From positions 32,001 through 96,000 of the forward strand of contig CAWCNJ010000005.1 in assembly GCA_963796955.1 (NCBI GenBank): DNA of 64,000 nucleotides. The letters run 5' to 3'. Numbering within the stretch: position 1 is the stretch's first letter; each line of letters opens with the position of its first letter. The stretch comes from Endomicrobiales bacterium. GTDB lineage: Bacteria > Elusimicrobiota > Endomicrobiia > Endomicrobiales > JALOBY01. A program made the translations under genes and the position numbers. Of this stretch, positions 38,977 to 50,269 are shown in pieces. The notes under the pieces are model-generated. The model made no database searches. It saw only the letters and a program-made list of their open reading frames with translations, and was not told the origin of the DNA.

Positions 38977-39005
38977 ATCCTAACAAAAATCATCAGTATG
39001 GTCAA
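38977..39005 (-). promoter_or_regulatory. sigma70-type promoter for the lipoprotein cluster
   Basis: TTGACC-17 nt-TAGGAT with TGn. Confidence 0.55.
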
Positions 39006-39010
39006 GGCTT

Positions 39011-41116
39011 TTATGCGACGCAGCTTTTAAAATTAAACTTGACGGTATTAACCGGATTTTCGCCTGCGCTATACGCCTCAAACACCGACTGCCACAACTT
39101 TTTATCCGTCTTACTATACGACAGATCTATGCCGAAGTTTTGCACGCCGATCTCTTTGAGTTTTCTTATACCCGTAAAGATACTGACCGGTTTTTCCGGT
39201 ATCAGCAGACTGAGCTCCGATTCAAACACCGGGTAAAACGCCGAACGGAGCGCATGTTCGTGGGCGCCGTTCGCAGGAGCGCGGTCGGATACTTTGCCTG
39301 CGGTAAGCATTTCGCGGGTAATGAACCTTGAGCGCACGACCGGCACGAAACCATACGTATACACGACCAGATGTTTGCCAAGACCCGGGCCGCACATTTT
39401 GCGGATATTCAGGAAATCGTCTTCCCAGGAAACGGTAACATAGCGCACGCCAAGGCCCGCCCAAAATGCCGCCGTATACGCATTCCAGGTGTACAGCAGG
39501 TGACCGGCTATCAACGCTACATCCCTGCCTTTGAACAATTCAAAATGCGAAACATTATTAAGGACCCAGCCGGTCACCCCGGCGGCGATCATCGTGTCTA
39601 TCGCCTGTTTATACAGTTCGATATCCCGCTGGGCGATAAAAGGCGGCAGTTCGCCTAAGAATCTGCGGCCGCTTGTTTGCAAGGATCTGCACTGATGAAG
39701 ATTTTCTTTTGTAAGGTAGAGGACATAGCGGGCACCGGGTATTTCCGGTAACACAGTAAGCCAGTCGGCATTATCGAACCGTATCCACAAGGCGTCTTTC
39801 GCGGCGGCATGGACACCGGCACTCTTCGCTTCTTTCCAGATATTGGAGATCAGCGAAGTATACGTCTGTGCAAGCGGCTGGCTTTTGCGCAGGCCCGGGC
39901 CGTGTTTGGCCGTGAACGCCTTGTACATCGCGTCGATCTCGGTCGAAATATCCTGCTGGTCGCCGGCGGCATCAATAGTCTTAAAAACCGGGTTGCCAGC
40001 GGCGAATCTATCTGCTTTTTCAAAGGGGATCGTGCATAGCAGCCCTTCACGGGCGCATTCCTTGATCTTAAATGAGATGGTTATATCGGTTGCGGGGTTT
40101 GAAAGACGCAGGCGGTCGCCCGCGGCGATTTGAACTGATTCATCGTTGAGTGTTATTGAAAGCACGCCGTTATTACTTGCGGTGATCTCGCCTATGCCGT
40201 TGCCCAGACACTGGGCTTTGAGGGGCTGAAAAAGATGCTCATCGCGCCCGGAAAAGAGCGCAGTGGTTTTTTCGCGTGCAGCATCGCCGGAAAGTATCTT
40301 TCCAGCCTCAGCCAGGGCGGCGGCAAAATCGCTCTCCGGAGCGTCTATCAGCATACGGTAGGCCTTCACTGTTTTATAGACGTACTCGCTGCTTCTCATG
40401 CGGCCTTCGATCTTCAATGAGGCGACACCGATCTGTTTTAGTTTTTGTATGTGTGCGGCAAGCTCCAGATCCCTGGGTGAAAATAAGTACCCCTGCCGGT
40501 TGCCGTTTTGCCACAGCCGCCGACAAGGCTGGGTACAGCGCCCGCGGTTGCCGCTGAGACCGCCGATAAAGCTGGAGAACAAACACATGCCTGAAAGAGA
40601 AAAACAAAGGGCCCCGTGACAAAAGATCTCTATAGGGATAGGCGAGCCTTTAACGATCGCTTTCAGCTCCGAGAACGTAAGCTCTCTGGCCAGTATCGCC
40701 CGCTTGAAGGAATGCCGCGCAAGAAAATCGACGCCCATCCTGTTATGCACGGCCATCTGGGTGCTGGCGTGCAACTCCAGGTCCGGGTAATATTTGGCTA
40801 TGATACTAGCTATGCCAAGATCCTGCACTATAACCGCATCAGGCCGCAACCTGTTTATATATGAAATACTTTTAACTACGTCATTTATCTCTTCGTGTTT
40901 AACGAGGGTATTGAGGGCAAGAAAAACTTTAACGTTTTTTTCATGGGCGTGGTCTATGATGACCTGCAGATCATATTCGTTTATGTTGTCGGCGGAAATA
41001 CGCGCATTAAAGCCGGGTACGCCCATATACACGGCGTTGGCGCCGGCGCGTACCGCGGTAATAAAAGATTCCTTGCTGCCGACGGGGGCGAGCAGTTCGA
41101 TGGTTTTTGTACTCAT
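39011..41116 (-). CDS. U32-family peptidase (RlhA/TrhP-like RNA hydroxylation protein)
   Basis: ELLAPVG, HASTQM, HGALCFSLSGMC, NRGRCTQPCR and LKIEGR. Confidence 0.9.
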   Translation of the reverse strand: MSTKTIELLAPVGSKESFITAVRAGANAVYMGVPGFNARISADNINEYDLQVIIDHAHEKNVKVFLALNTLVKHEEINDVVKSISYINRLRPDAVIVQDLGIASIIAKYYPDLELHASTQMAVHNRMGVDFLARHSFKRAILARELTFSELKAIVKGSPIPIEIFCHGALCFSLSGMCLFSSFIGGLSGNRGRCTQPCRRLWQNGNRQGYLFSPRDLELAAHIQKLKQIGVASLKIEGRMRSSEYVYKTVKAYRMLIDAPESDFAAALAEAGKILSGDAAREKTTALFSGRDEHLFQPLKAQCLGNGIGEITASNNGVLSITLNDESVQIAAGDRLRLSNPATDITISFKIKECAREGLLCTIPFEKADRFAAGNPVFKTIDAAGDQQDISTEIDAMYKAFTAKHGPGLRKSQPLAQTYTSLISNIWKEAKSAGVHAAAKDALWIRFDNADWLTVLPEIPGARYVLYLTKENLHQCRSLQTSGRRFLGELPPFIAQRDIELYKQAIDTMIAAGVTGWVLNNVSHFELFKGRDVALIAGHLLYTWNAYTAAFWAGLGVRYVTVSWEDDFLNIRKMCGPGLGKHLVVYTYGFVPVVRSRFITREMLTAGKVSDRAPANGAHEHALRSAFYPVFESELSLLIPEKPVSIFTGIRKLKEIGVQNFGIDLSYSKTDKKLWQSVFEAYSAGENPVNTVKFNFKSCVA

Positions 41117-41222
41117 GGGTCTAATTAGCCTCTATTAAATGAGAAATTTCAGGAAAGGAACTGCGTATATCAGATATCGAATGTTTTTAAACATGTAAAA
41201 TCTAGTCAAATGTAGCGATCTC

Positions 41223-44200
41223 TCAGGCATGTAATAAAATTTTCTCGGTTATCAAATTAAGCTCATTTTGCAGATTCTCCGGCAACCCTCTTTTCTGATG
41301 TGCAATTTTTGCAATCTTACAAATTTTATTATGATCCTTATTAGCTTTATCATAACTGGGAATATTGATATGTTCAAGAATGTGACTCGAATAAAACCAC
41401 GATATGTAAGACACAACAAAATCATTTACTGCTTTGCTATTTAATATGCCACATAAAAAAAATGCATCATTCTCATTTTTAAAAGGAACCATTAAAACAT
41501 TGTGGTCCGGTATAATCATTCTTTCAGACAAAAGGGAAGTATTCATACTAGAAACCACACTTGCGATCATTCCGTTCGCCAATGCCTTCCAAACTACCTT
41601 ATATTCACTAAAAGTGTACTTCCCGATATCATACAGGGCGTGTTTAGGAGCATTTGCACTTTTCAAATGTTTTTGAAATATTCCGCGGTTTTCAAGCCAT
41701 CGCTCTATCGTAGGGTCTGTTCTATAAAAATACTTGTAGGCAAATGGATAATCAATTTTCAAGGCATTATCTGACAAGCATTTACCATCTAACGAATATG
41801 GAATTATTGAATAACACCTGGGATTACAACACCATCTTTCTATGTCTTTGCCTCGTAACATCGGATAGATTAGGCCCTTTTCAATGAATACCTCATAAGG
41901 TTTCATTTTTTTATCGCCGACATCGAAAAGGTTATTGAAAATCACGGTGTTTTTATACTTCGAAGGAGAAATTTTACCCCAAAATAATCCGTTTAAACTA
42001 AAGTCAACCCCTTTTCTTGCCTTGTAACTGGAGCATCCAACTAATTTTTTCAACATTCCTATCTTATGTGGTTTAGCAATCAGCCACGAAGAATTAATTT
42101 TTTCATCCTTAATTGGCTCAGCGCACAATTCTGCGCTTTTTATGAGGGGCATAATTGCAGTAATAGGTTGATCTGATTTAATTATTCCCCTATTTTTTTT
42201 TGACCACCTGAAATACTTGACGGGGTATTGTGTTTTTTCCCCCTTCTTTAAGAGAATAACGGCAGGTTTATTTGAAGCTCCCATATCGGCGAATGGCTGA
42301 ACTGGAGCAAAATCATCTACTCGAATTACCTTAACATGATCATTATCTTTTACTTGAAATCTACGAAACCCATCACCGCCGCCTGAAGCCTGAAATAAAT
42401 TTTGAGGCAATACAAAACCCAACATCCCGCCATTTGTCAAATATTTATCAATGACAACATAGGTCAACAAAACACTTATATCGTCATGCGCAGACCCAAG
42501 CCTTGCTCTCAGTCCCTTATGAAGAAACACACGATAATCATCCCAATACTTCTTCACAGAATTTCTATAATCTTCTGGAAGATTTTGCCAATTTATCCAC
42601 GGTGGGTTGCCAACAACATAATCAAAATTATCAAAAAAAGCTGGCGCAAATATATTCTTAATTATCTTTGCCCAAATCCCATTAAGTCCTTTTTTTTGCA
42701 GGTCTAAAAGAATCTTATAAAATTCAACTAACAGCACTTCGTCAGATTCAGAAATAGTTAAGCCAAGTTTGCATAATTTAACAATAAAATCCTTACAATT
42801 AAGCTCGATCTCAACGCATTCTATAACTAAATTTAGGAATGTATCTAATTGTTTATTTGCAATTAAAGACACTGGGATTTTGAATATACCGACTTTCGTT
42901 GGCAATGAGAATATGTCTTTATCTCGTGTTTTATACTCCAGGGGGGCGAGAAGAGAATCGCTTAAATAGATTGGGATATCTATGCCACACTCATCAATAT
43001 ATTGGAGGTGCTCTGAAAGTGCAATCAAATAATTTGTTTTCGCCGAAATAACAGCAAGCGGGTTTAGATCAATTCCGATGACACTTTGAAGTATCTTTTT
43101 TAACTCTTCTTTCTTCTTTAGCCCACTATACGTCTTGATATTCCCTATTAAAATTGACAAGAATGTTCCTGAACCACACGTAGGATCAAGGGCTCTAAAT
43201 CCCGAGGAATATTTTATGCCAAGTTTTTCAACAACAAACTCCGCCAACCAATCAGGGGTGTAGTATTCGCCCAGGCTATGTCGTAGATTTTGTGGTAGTA
43301 AATAATGATAAATGTTTTTTATTAAATCTTTTGCTTCTTTAGGCTCCAGATTCAAGGAACTAAAATCGTAATCTTTCAACTTATTAACAATACGAGCAAG
43401 TATTTTTTCAATCTTATCATTCCAGCAAAGTAAATACCAATTGAAGAAGTCACCTTCAATGAAATTATTAATACCTTCACGCCTAAACAGTTCGCCGCTT
43501 TCCAATGAAGTCATCTGAGCTTTTAAATTGGACAATGCGGTTAAAAAGCTTGTTTCTCTATGTCTAAAATATGTTAGTGTTTCGGCAGCCAATAGTTTTA
43601 TGAATATTGCATAGTATGTTTGAATAGCAAATATTACTATTGCCAGCTCTATACTTTCGTGTTCTATTTCTAATAATTTCAGTAATTCTGTAATCTCACT
43701 TTTTTTAGTTTCAAAATCATACCCGCAGACCTCTCTAAACAACACTTTCCATTGCTCAAACAATAGGTTATTCTTTCCTTTATTATTTTCGATAAAATTC
43801 ACAACCAACTCACGTATATCATTACGCGACTCATTAGACAAGATACTAAAATCTCTTACGAGGTTGTCAATAACAAGAGCCTTTCCTTGTAGCCCGATGG
43901 AAAATATTCGCTGCAACAACAATTTAAAAGTGCTCTCATTAACTATCGCTGGGTTTTCAATATCCCAAATATTGTTTCGTCTTCGAATAAACACTACCCT
44001 GTCACCATCAAAAATTATCCCCAAATATCGGTTTATCTGTTTATTTTGCTTTTTATTAATGCCTTCAATATGCCTTTTAACCTGATCAATTGCTTTAGAA
44101 TTAGCAACAGACGAATTATCATCTTTTAAATATTTAGGTTCCTTATATTCAATTATTACCTCTCCATAAAGAGAATCGAGTCTTCCCCTGAAAACAGTGT

Positions 44201-44375
44201 ACTCATGTCGTTCCTCGGGAATTATTATTGAATTTTCCTGGCAAATATTGTTTATCAGAGAAGAAAAGGCGACCCTTAAGTCTTCCTCACTAAAGACTTT
44301 CTCTTTCTTTGACAAAAAGAACTGGTAATATTTACCGTTCAATTTGTTTATCAATATATCTATATTTTTTATCAT
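41223..44375 (-). CDS. Type IIG-like fused restriction endonuclease/N6-adenine methyltransferase
   Basis: GRLDSLY...IIEYK (PD-D/ExK-like), LGEYYTP, DPTCGSG and VGNPPW; C-terminal TRD-like region; strongly AT-rich. Confidence 0.85.
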   Translation of the reverse strand: MIKNIDILINKLNGKYYQFFLSKKEKVFSEEDLRVAFSSLINNICQENSIIIPEERHEYTVFRGRLDSLYGEVIIEYKEPKYLKDDNSSVANSKAIDQVKRHIEGINKKQNKQINRYLGIIFDGDRVVFIRRRNNIWDIENPAIVNESTFKLLLQRIFSIGLQGKALVIDNLVRDFSILSNESRNDIRELVVNFIENNKGKNNLLFEQWKVLFREVCGYDFETKKSEITELLKLLEIEHESIELAIVIFAIQTYYAIFIKLLAAETLTYFRHRETSFLTALSNLKAQMTSLESGELFRREGINNFIEGDFFNWYLLCWNDKIEKILARIVNKLKDYDFSSLNLEPKEAKDLIKNIYHYLLPQNLRHSLGEYYTPDWLAEFVVEKLGIKYSSGFRALDPTCGSGTFLSILIGNIKTYSGLKKKEELKKILQSVIGIDLNPLAVISAKTNYLIALSEHLQYIDECGIDIPIYLSDSLLAPLEYKTRDKDIFSLPTKVGIFKIPVSLIANKQLDTFLNLVIECVEIELNCKDFIVKLCKLGLTISESDEVLLVEFYKILLDLQKKGLNGIWAKIIKNIFAPAFFDNFDYVVGNPPWINWQNLPEDYRNSVKKYWDDYRVFLHKGLRARLGSAHDDISVLLTYVVIDKYLTNGGMLGFVLPQNLFQASGGGDGFRRFQVKDNDHVKVIRVDDFAPVQPFADMGASNKPAVILLKKGEKTQYPVKYFRWSKKNRGIIKSDQPITAIMPLIKSAELCAEPIKDEKINSSWLIAKPHKIGMLKKLVGCSSYKARKGVDFSLNGLFWGKISPSKYKNTVIFNNLFDVGDKKMKPYEVFIEKGLIYPMLRGKDIERWCCNPRCYSIIPYSLDGKCLSDNALKIDYPFAYKYFYRTDPTIERWLENRGIFQKHLKSANAPKHALYDIGKYTFSEYKVVWKALANGMIASVVSSMNTSLLSERMIIPDHNVLMVPFKNENDAFFLCGILNSKAVNDFVVSYISWFYSSHILEHINIPSYDKANKDHNKICKIAKIAHQKRGLPENLQNELNLITEKILLHA

Positions 44376-44397
44376 TTTATAATTCAGATTGGCCGTG

Positions 44398-45798
44398 CTA
44401 TTTCTTTCCAAGATCCCGTAGCGTAAGAAGGATGCTTCCATCTTGTTGAGTTCTTCTTTGATCAAACAATTCTATTGCCTTTTGCTCTATTAGCTTTCTG
44501 TTTGCTTCAAAAATACTGTCAGGTTCATTACTCGATTGATCATAATCTCTAAGGTCATTTCCATATACCTTACATTTTACTAACCTGTTTTCGATTTCTA
44601 TTGTGAATTCGAAAATATCAGACAATGAATTATGAAATACTTTCATATATTTCTTTTTTCCAGCCTGTAAAACACATTCTTTTTTTATCGTGAGCAACTT
44701 ATCTTGACTAAGCCTTTCGCCGTCCATTTTCACTCCGCCCTGTTCGATTAACCGCCTTGCCTCGTTCTTGGTTCCAACTAAACCAGAATTAACGAGCAAA
44801 TCGACAAGCTTAATCTGCTCGACGCCACAATTATATTTCTCCATTGTTTCTGGCATCTCTTTCTTGCTGAAGACGTTGTCGAAATCCTGGCGCGCGGCTT
44901 TTGCGGCCTCAGCGCCGTGGTAGCGAGCGGTTATCAGCTCACCCAGGTTGGCCTTGGCTTCACGTGGGTGCAGCGCTTTCACCGCTGGCATATCTTCTTC
45001 TGTCAGCAGCTCGTAGTATTTGTACATTAATATATCAGATATAGACATCAGCTTGCCGAACATATCTTTCGGCGTATCATTCAGGGCGATGTAATTGCCG
45101 TACGATTTGGACATCTTGCGAACGCCGTCGGTGCCTTCAAGCAGCGGCATGGTAATGATAACCTGCGGCTCCTGCGCGTTATCCCGCTGGAAATCGCGGC
45201 CCATAAGCAGGTTGAATTTCTGGTCGTTGCCGCCCATCTCGATATCGGCTTTCACCGCAACGGAATCGTAGCCCTGCAACAGCGGATAGAGGAATTCCAC
45301 GATGCTGATCGGCTGGCCGCTCTTGTAACGCTTCTCAAAATCATCGCGCTCCAGCATTCTGGAAACCGTGCTTTGGGAGGCAAGCTTCAGCATGCCCTCG
45401 GCGCCAAGAGGTTTCAGCCAGGTGCTGTTGAAAACCACCTCGGTCTTGCTGCGATCGAGGACGCGAAACACCTGGTCCTGATACGTTTCAATATTGGCCG
45501 CAATAGCTTCTTCGCTCAACATCGGGCGCGTTTCCGAGCGGCCGGAGGGATCGCCGATACGGGCGGTAAAATCGCCGATAAGGAAAACGACCTTATGGCC
45601 CAGATCCTGAAACAGCTTTAGTTTGTTCAGCAGCACGGTGTGGCCCAGGTGAATGTCGGGGGAGGTAGGATCAACGCCCATCTTAACGCGCAGAGGAATG
45701 CCTTTAGCGAGTTTACGCTTAAGTTCCTCTTCAGAGATAAGGTCGGTGCAGCCGCGCTTTATACGGGCGATATCGGAATTTATTTTATGTGATAGCAT
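44398..45798 (-). CDS. tyrS: Tyrosine--tRNA ligase with a ~79-aa C-terminal extension
   Basis: [17 protein letters not shown] and an S4 domain ([11 protein letters not shown]...QAGKKK), then extra sequence. Confidence 0.95.
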   Translation of the reverse strand: MLSHKINSDIARIKRGCTDLISEEELKRKLAKGIPLRVKMGVDPTSPDIHLGHTVLLNKLKLFQDLGHKVVFLIGDFTARIGDPSGRSETRPMLSEEAIAANIETYQDQVFRVLDRSKTEVVFNSTWLKPLGAEGMLKLASQSTVSRMLERDDFEKRYKSGQPISIVEFLYPLLQGYDSVAVKADIEMGGNDQKFNLLMGRDFQRDNAQEPQVIITMPLLEGTDGVRKMSKSYGNYIALNDTPKDMFGKLMSISDILMYKYYELLTEEDMPAVKALHPREAKANLGELITARYHGAEAAKAARQDFDNVFSKKEMPETMEKYNCGVEQIKLVDLLVNSGLVGTKNEARRLIEQGGVKMDGERLSQDKLLTIKKECVLQAGKKKYMKVFHNSLSDIFEFTIEIENRLVKCKVYGNDLRDYDQSSNEPDSIFEANRKLIEQKAIELFDQRRTQQDGSILLTLRDLGKK

Positions 45799-45801
45799 TG
45801 C

Positions 45802-47787
45802 TTATAATTTAAAGCCTGCGATAGCCCCTTGCAACAGCTTCGCGGTATTGGAGAGCTCGTTGGTAACGGAGGCTATCTCTTCTATAGCCGCGGTCTGTTC
45901 TTCGGAGCTGGCGGCGGCCTCTTCGGAGCTGGCGGCTGTCTCTTCGGCAGCGGAAGCTATCTCCGATATCTGCTGCACCATTTCCTGAACGCGGTTCAAT
46001 ATTTCTTTGAACTGCGTGCTGGAATCCTGGGTAAGGCCGGCACCTTCGTTTATAGCTACCTGGCCTTTTTTCACGGAGATAACGGCGGTACCCGTCTCTT
46101 CCTGCACTTCCTTGATGATGCGGGCGATCTCCTGGGCGGAATGTGCCGAGCTTTCAGCCAGCTTGCGGACTTCGTCGGCAACCACCGCGAAACCATGGCC
46201 CGCCTCGCCTGCGCGCGCCGCTTCGATGGCCGCGTTCAGCGACAACAGGTTCGTCTGATCGGCGATCTTTGTGATAACGCTCACTATTTCGCCGATCTGA
46301 GTGGAGCGCGTGGCAAGGCCGTTCATTGCGGTGGCCGAACCCTGCTCAACGTCGCGGATAGCCTGGATTTTTTCTACCAGTTTTTTCATGGATTCCATGC
46401 CGGTGATACTCGCCTTATCAGCGGCAGAGGCGACCGATGCAGCGGAATGCGAGTTCTTGGCTACGGTGGCCGTTGAGGCCGAAATGTGGCTGACGGTAGT
46501 AGACAGCTGCGCGATGGTCTGCGTGGACTGCTGCGTGATCTGAGCAAGCGCCGTCGAGGAGGCTGCAAGGGTATTTGATTGCTCGATAACGCGCGAGATA
46601 AGATTCTTAAGATTTTCGGTCATTTGTTTAAAGGCCTGGCCCAGCTCGTCGCGGGTCGTGCGAGGGTTAACGGTCACGGAAAGATCGCCCTGCGCGATCT
46701 GCTTGGCCGCGTTCGACATCTGGTGCAGGTAGGCTATCATCTGGTTGGTAACCTTGCCGAGACGGTTAAAGATGTCTTCGCCGGTGTTTTCGTTCGCCAC
46801 CACGCCCAGATCCCCTTCGGCAAGTTTCTGGAAGAGGACAAAATATTCATCCAATAGCACTTTCTGTTTTTCGGTAAGGTTGCGAAGGTCCCCGGAGCTG
46901 CGCTCCAGGTCTTTTACCATTTTGTTGAACGACGTCGACAAAATATCCTTGTCCGAACGCACGCGCACCGTGGCCGTCAGGTCGTTGGAGGCCACGCGAT
47001 TAACGGAGGTAGCGATCTCCTTAAAATACGCGATCATTTCATTGAACACACGGGCCAGTTGAGCGATCTCGTCGTTACCGTGCGCCATTATTTCCTGCTG
47101 CGAAAGATCACCTTCTTCGCTGATCTTGCGCGCGACCACCATAACCCTGGTCAGGGGCGCTATAATATCGCGGCCTACTATAAGATTGTACGTGAATGCC
47201 CCGCCGACTAGCACCAGCAGCCCTGCAAGTACCAGCAGCAGGACTATGGTGAACACCACCGTCGTAATGCTCTTGCGGGAAAACCCGATACACAGAACAC
47301 CTATCTTCTGGCCCGCCGACATAACCGGCACCGCCACATCGCTTACCCCGGCAATAGAAGACCGTGCCATGACCGTAATAGCCGAAACACCCATGATCTC
47401 GCGCTGCAGGTCCGTTTTGTTGAACAACGTATTGCGAAGGGCGTCGTCGGTTGAAGCCACGCATTTGCCCGAGACTTCCATAAGGGCGATATAGGAAACA
47501 TCCTTATCGCTTGCCTGGACCCCTTTAAAGGTCTGCGTCAGTTTATCGACGTCCGACGACATGGACGTGTCCATGGCATACGAGAGGGACGTAAGCGGGT
47601 CTGCGCAGGCAAGCGACAGGTTAGCCGTTACGGAGCGGGCTTTCTGCATGAATTCGTTGCGCAACGAGGAACTGGAAAGGCCTACGGCGATGCCGGCGAC
47701 CACGAGAATGGACAGCACGAAAATAACCGTGAAATACCCGATTATCTTCTGCTTAAGATCGAATTCTGAAAATTTTGGCAGCCCCAT
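45802..47787 (-). CDS. Methyl-accepting chemotaxis protein (2 TM, several HAMP domains)
   Basis: [42 protein letters not shown] motifs DEIAQL and DELGQAF. Confidence 0.95.
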   Translation of the reverse strand: MGLPKFSEFDLKQKIIGYFTVIFVLSILVVAGIAVGLSSSSLRNEFMQKARSVTANLSLACADPLTSLSYAMDTSMSSDVDKLTQTFKGVQASDKDVSYIALMEVSGKCVASTDDALRNTLFNKTDLQREIMGVSAITVMARSSIAGVSDVAVPVMSAGQKIGVLCIGFSRKSITTVVFTIVLLLVLAGLLVLVGGAFTYNLIVGRDIIAPLTRVMVVARKISEEGDLSQQEIMAHGNDEIAQLARVFNEMIAYFKEIATSVNRVASNDLTATVRVRSDKDILSTSFNKMVKDLERSSGDLRNLTEKQKVLLDEYFVLFQKLAEGDLGVVANENTGEDIFNRLGKVTNQMIAYLHQMSNAAKQIAQGDLSVTVNPRTTRDELGQAFKQMTENLKNLISRVIEQSNTLAASSTALAQITQQSTQTIAQLSTTVSHISASTATVAKNSHSAASVASAADKASITGMESMKKLVEKIQAIRDVEQGSATAMNGLATRSTQIGEIVSVITKIADQTNLLSLNAAIEAARAGEAGHGFAVVADEVRKLAESSAHSAQEIARIIKEVQEETGTAVISVKKGQVAINEGAGLTQDSSTQFKEILNRVQEMVQQISEIASAAEETAASSEEAAASSEEQTAAIEEIASVTNELSNTAKLLQGAIAGFKL

Positions 47788-47801
47788 GTGTATCCTCCTG
47801 A

Positions 47802-48710
47802 TTATCGGACAACGTCAGTGGCTTCTGAAACTGCTGAACCTGAAAGCTGAACGCCCAATTGAGTCGCGACCAGCGTGTTAAGAGAATAACGGGACTTGCG
47901 GGGACGCTGAGATTTAACCGTTCCCGGCTTTTCGCCGTTAAGGATGCGGGCTCCCAATTCACCGGCCTGACGGCCGATATCGCGGTAGTCACAATCTACC
48001 GATATAACCGCTCCGCCCTTTGTGAAAGCCAGCGCGAGGCCGATCACCGGAACCTTGTTTTTCTGACTCTCCAGCAGCAAGGTCTTTACCGCCTGTCCAA
48101 AATATACCTTGGTATCCAGTATCATCATCACACAATCCGCCTGCCCGCCCATAAGCGCCTGTACGGCCGGAAGGAAGTCCATCTCGGAGGCAACACCGCG
48201 GCCTACTGCCTTCAAACCCACGGCACTACAGGCGGCCGATATCTCATCAAAACTCGCTTGATTGTCCGGCGAATACAACACACCGATGCGCTTGACTGAC
48301 GGCAGCACCGCTTTTACCCGTTCCACACGCAGCATGGGGGGAATATCAACCGAAACGCCGGTAGCGTTCGCCGTATCGTGCTCCGGGTTATTGGAAACCA
48401 ATGTGTACACACCCGGTATTGCAGCCAATTCTGATTTTAAAAGGCCGGATGCTTCACCGCCAACGGTAAGTACCAGATCCGGTTTTTGCGCCTGTACCTT
48501 TGAGGCAACCGTCGCAGAATCCTGCTCTTTCAGACTATAGATCACCGGCTGCCCGGGAAATCCTTTGTCGGAAAGAGCTGAACAAAATCCGTCCTTCAGG
48601 GCTTGCACGGAATCATTATTAAGCGAAAGAATAACGGCCACCGATTTCGCCTGTACCTGCGAGACCGCTGCACAGAAGACTATTGAACATATGATCAGTT
48701 TACGGATCAT
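47802..48710 (-). CDS. Periplasmic substrate-binding protein (ABC_sub_bind-like), paralog 2
   Basis: Signal peptide; ATGVS, KRIGVLY and [17 protein letters not shown]. Confidence 0.85.
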   Translation of the reverse strand: MIRKLIICSIVFCAAVSQVQAKSVAVILSLNNDSVQALKDGFCSALSDKGFPGQPVIYSLKEQDSATVASKVQAQKPDLVLTVGGEASGLLKSELAAIPGVYTLVSNNPEHDTANATGVSVDIPPMLRVERVKAVLPSVKRIGVLYSPDNQASFDEISAACSAVGLKAVGRGVASEMDFLPAVQALMGGQADCVMMILDTKVYFGQAVKTLLLESQKNKVPVIGLALAFTKGGAVISVDCDYRDIGRQAGELGARILNGEKPGTVKSQRPRKSRYSLNTLVATQLGVQLSGSAVSEATDVVR

Positions 48711-48743
48711 CCTGGAACTCTCCCGGGCGCAAGCTCTTTCTTT

Positions 48744-49649
48744 TTACCTAACTACTTCTGAAGCGCCTGACACAGCAGAACCGGCAAGGGATTTCCCCAG
48801 CTGGGTTATCATCTGCATGTTAAGGGAGTACTGGGCCTTGCGCGGTCTCTGGGACCTGATAGCAGAAGGTTTTTCTCCCTTCAGGATGCGGGCGGCGATC
48901 TCCCCTGCCTGGCGGCCAAGGTCATGATAATCGCAGTCAACCGACATTGCGGCACCGGCCTTGGTGAACATCATGGACAAGCCGACAACCGGCACTTTAT
49001 TTTTCAGGCTTTCCAGCAGCATCGTTTTAACCGACTGTCCGAAATATACCTTCGTATCGATTATCATCAGAATGCAATCGGCCTGGCCTCCCATAAGCGC
49101 CTGCACAGCCGGCAGAAAATCGCCTTCCGTTGCCACGCTGCGGCCCACGATCGCAAGGCCGGCAGACTTGCCGGCGGCAGCGATCTCATCAAAATTCTGA
49201 GCGGTGGCCTGCGAGTACAACACACCAATGCGCTTGACATCCGGCAATACGGACTTGACGAGCTCAAGGCGCAGCTGGGGCGGCACGTCTATTGATATGC
49301 CGGTTAAATTCGCGGCGTCGAATTCAGCATTATTCGTTACTATGGTGTACACACCCGGGATCCCCTGCAGGGACTTTACCAGTTTTGCGGCTTCACTGCC
49401 GACGGCCAGGGCCATGACAGGGGCTTGCGCCTGCACCAGAGAGGTGATCGTGGCCGCATCCTTTTCCTTCAGATTATAGACGGTTGGTTGTTCTGCAAAA
49501 GACCGGTCGGCCAGGGTAGATAAGAAACTTTCCTGCATGCCCTGCACCGAGTCGTTATTCATTGAAAGGATTATCGCGACACCGCCGGCACATGCCTGGG
49601 CGATGCCGATCAGCAGCACACATGCAGCCAAAAACAGAGAACGCACCAT
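48744..49649 (-). CDS. Periplasmic substrate-binding protein (ABC_sub_bind-like), paralog 1
   Basis: NLTGIS, KRIGVLY and GRQAGEIAARILKGEKP; clearly similar to its neighbour. Confidence 0.85.
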   Translation of the reverse strand: MVRSLFLAACVLLIGIAQACAGGVAIILSMNNDSVQGMQESFLSTLADRSFAEQPTVYNLKEKDAATITSLVQAQAPVMALAVGSEAAKLVKSLQGIPGVYTIVTNNAEFDAANLTGISIDVPPQLRLELVKSVLPDVKRIGVLYSQATAQNFDEIAAAGKSAGLAIVGRSVATEGDFLPAVQALMGGQADCILMIIDTKVYFGQSVKTMLLESLKNKVPVVGLSMMFTKAGAAMSVDCDYHDLGRQAGEIAARILKGEKPSAIRSQRPRKAQYSLNMQMITQLGKSLAGSAVSGASEVVR

Positions 49650-49658
49650 TACGGCCTC

Positions 49659-50141
49659 CTACACATTTTTAGATTTGCTTTCCAGATCTTCAATTATCAT
49701 TTCCAGGTTAAGCACTATCACAAGCTGCCCATCCATTTTTGCCACACCCCTCACAAAAGCGCTGTCCAGGGTACAAATAGATTTGGGAATAGCCTCGATG
49801 CGGTCGGCAGCTACCCGTATGACCTCTGAGACGGAATCCACTATCAACCCCACAGGCTGATCCCCGACGGAGGAAACAATTATCCGCGTGGCATCGCTTA
49901 CCTGCTTCTCGCCTAATTTGAAGTGTTTATACAGGTCCACTACCGGCACTATTTTTCCCCGGAGATTTATGACGCCTTCCAGGAATGCCGGCATTTTTGG
50001 GACGGGGGTTATTTCGGTTGGTTTTATTATTTCCTGCACCTGAACGATAGGTATACCGTAATGTTCGTTGAAGATCCTGGCAACGACCAGCTGGATCGCT
50101 TCATCTGCGCCTGCTATGCTTTTGTTTAACGTATTGTTCAC
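49659..50141 (-). CDS. cheW: Chemotaxis coupling protein CheW (GTG start inferred; alternative ATG at 50186)
   Basis: VQEII...ITPVP...GVINLRGKIVPVVDL...GLIVDSVSEV. Confidence 0.92.
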   Translation of the reverse strand: MNNTLNKSIAGADEAIQLVVARIFNEHYGIPIVQVQEIIKPTEITPVPKMPAFLEGVINLRGKIVPVVDLYKHFKLGEKQVSDATRIIVSSVGDQPVGLIVDSVSEVIRVAADRIEAIPKSICTLDSAFVRGVAKMDGQLVIVLNLEMIIEDLESKSKNV

Positions 50142-50269
50142 TCGATTCCCTGTAATTGAAGTATGCTCTTGATGTATATTATACATGCATTATCACAAAA
50201 TATCAATGAGAACTCAACAAGAAGTTGTAATTATGCAAAAGTGCCGCTCTATTTTGCTATAATAAAACA

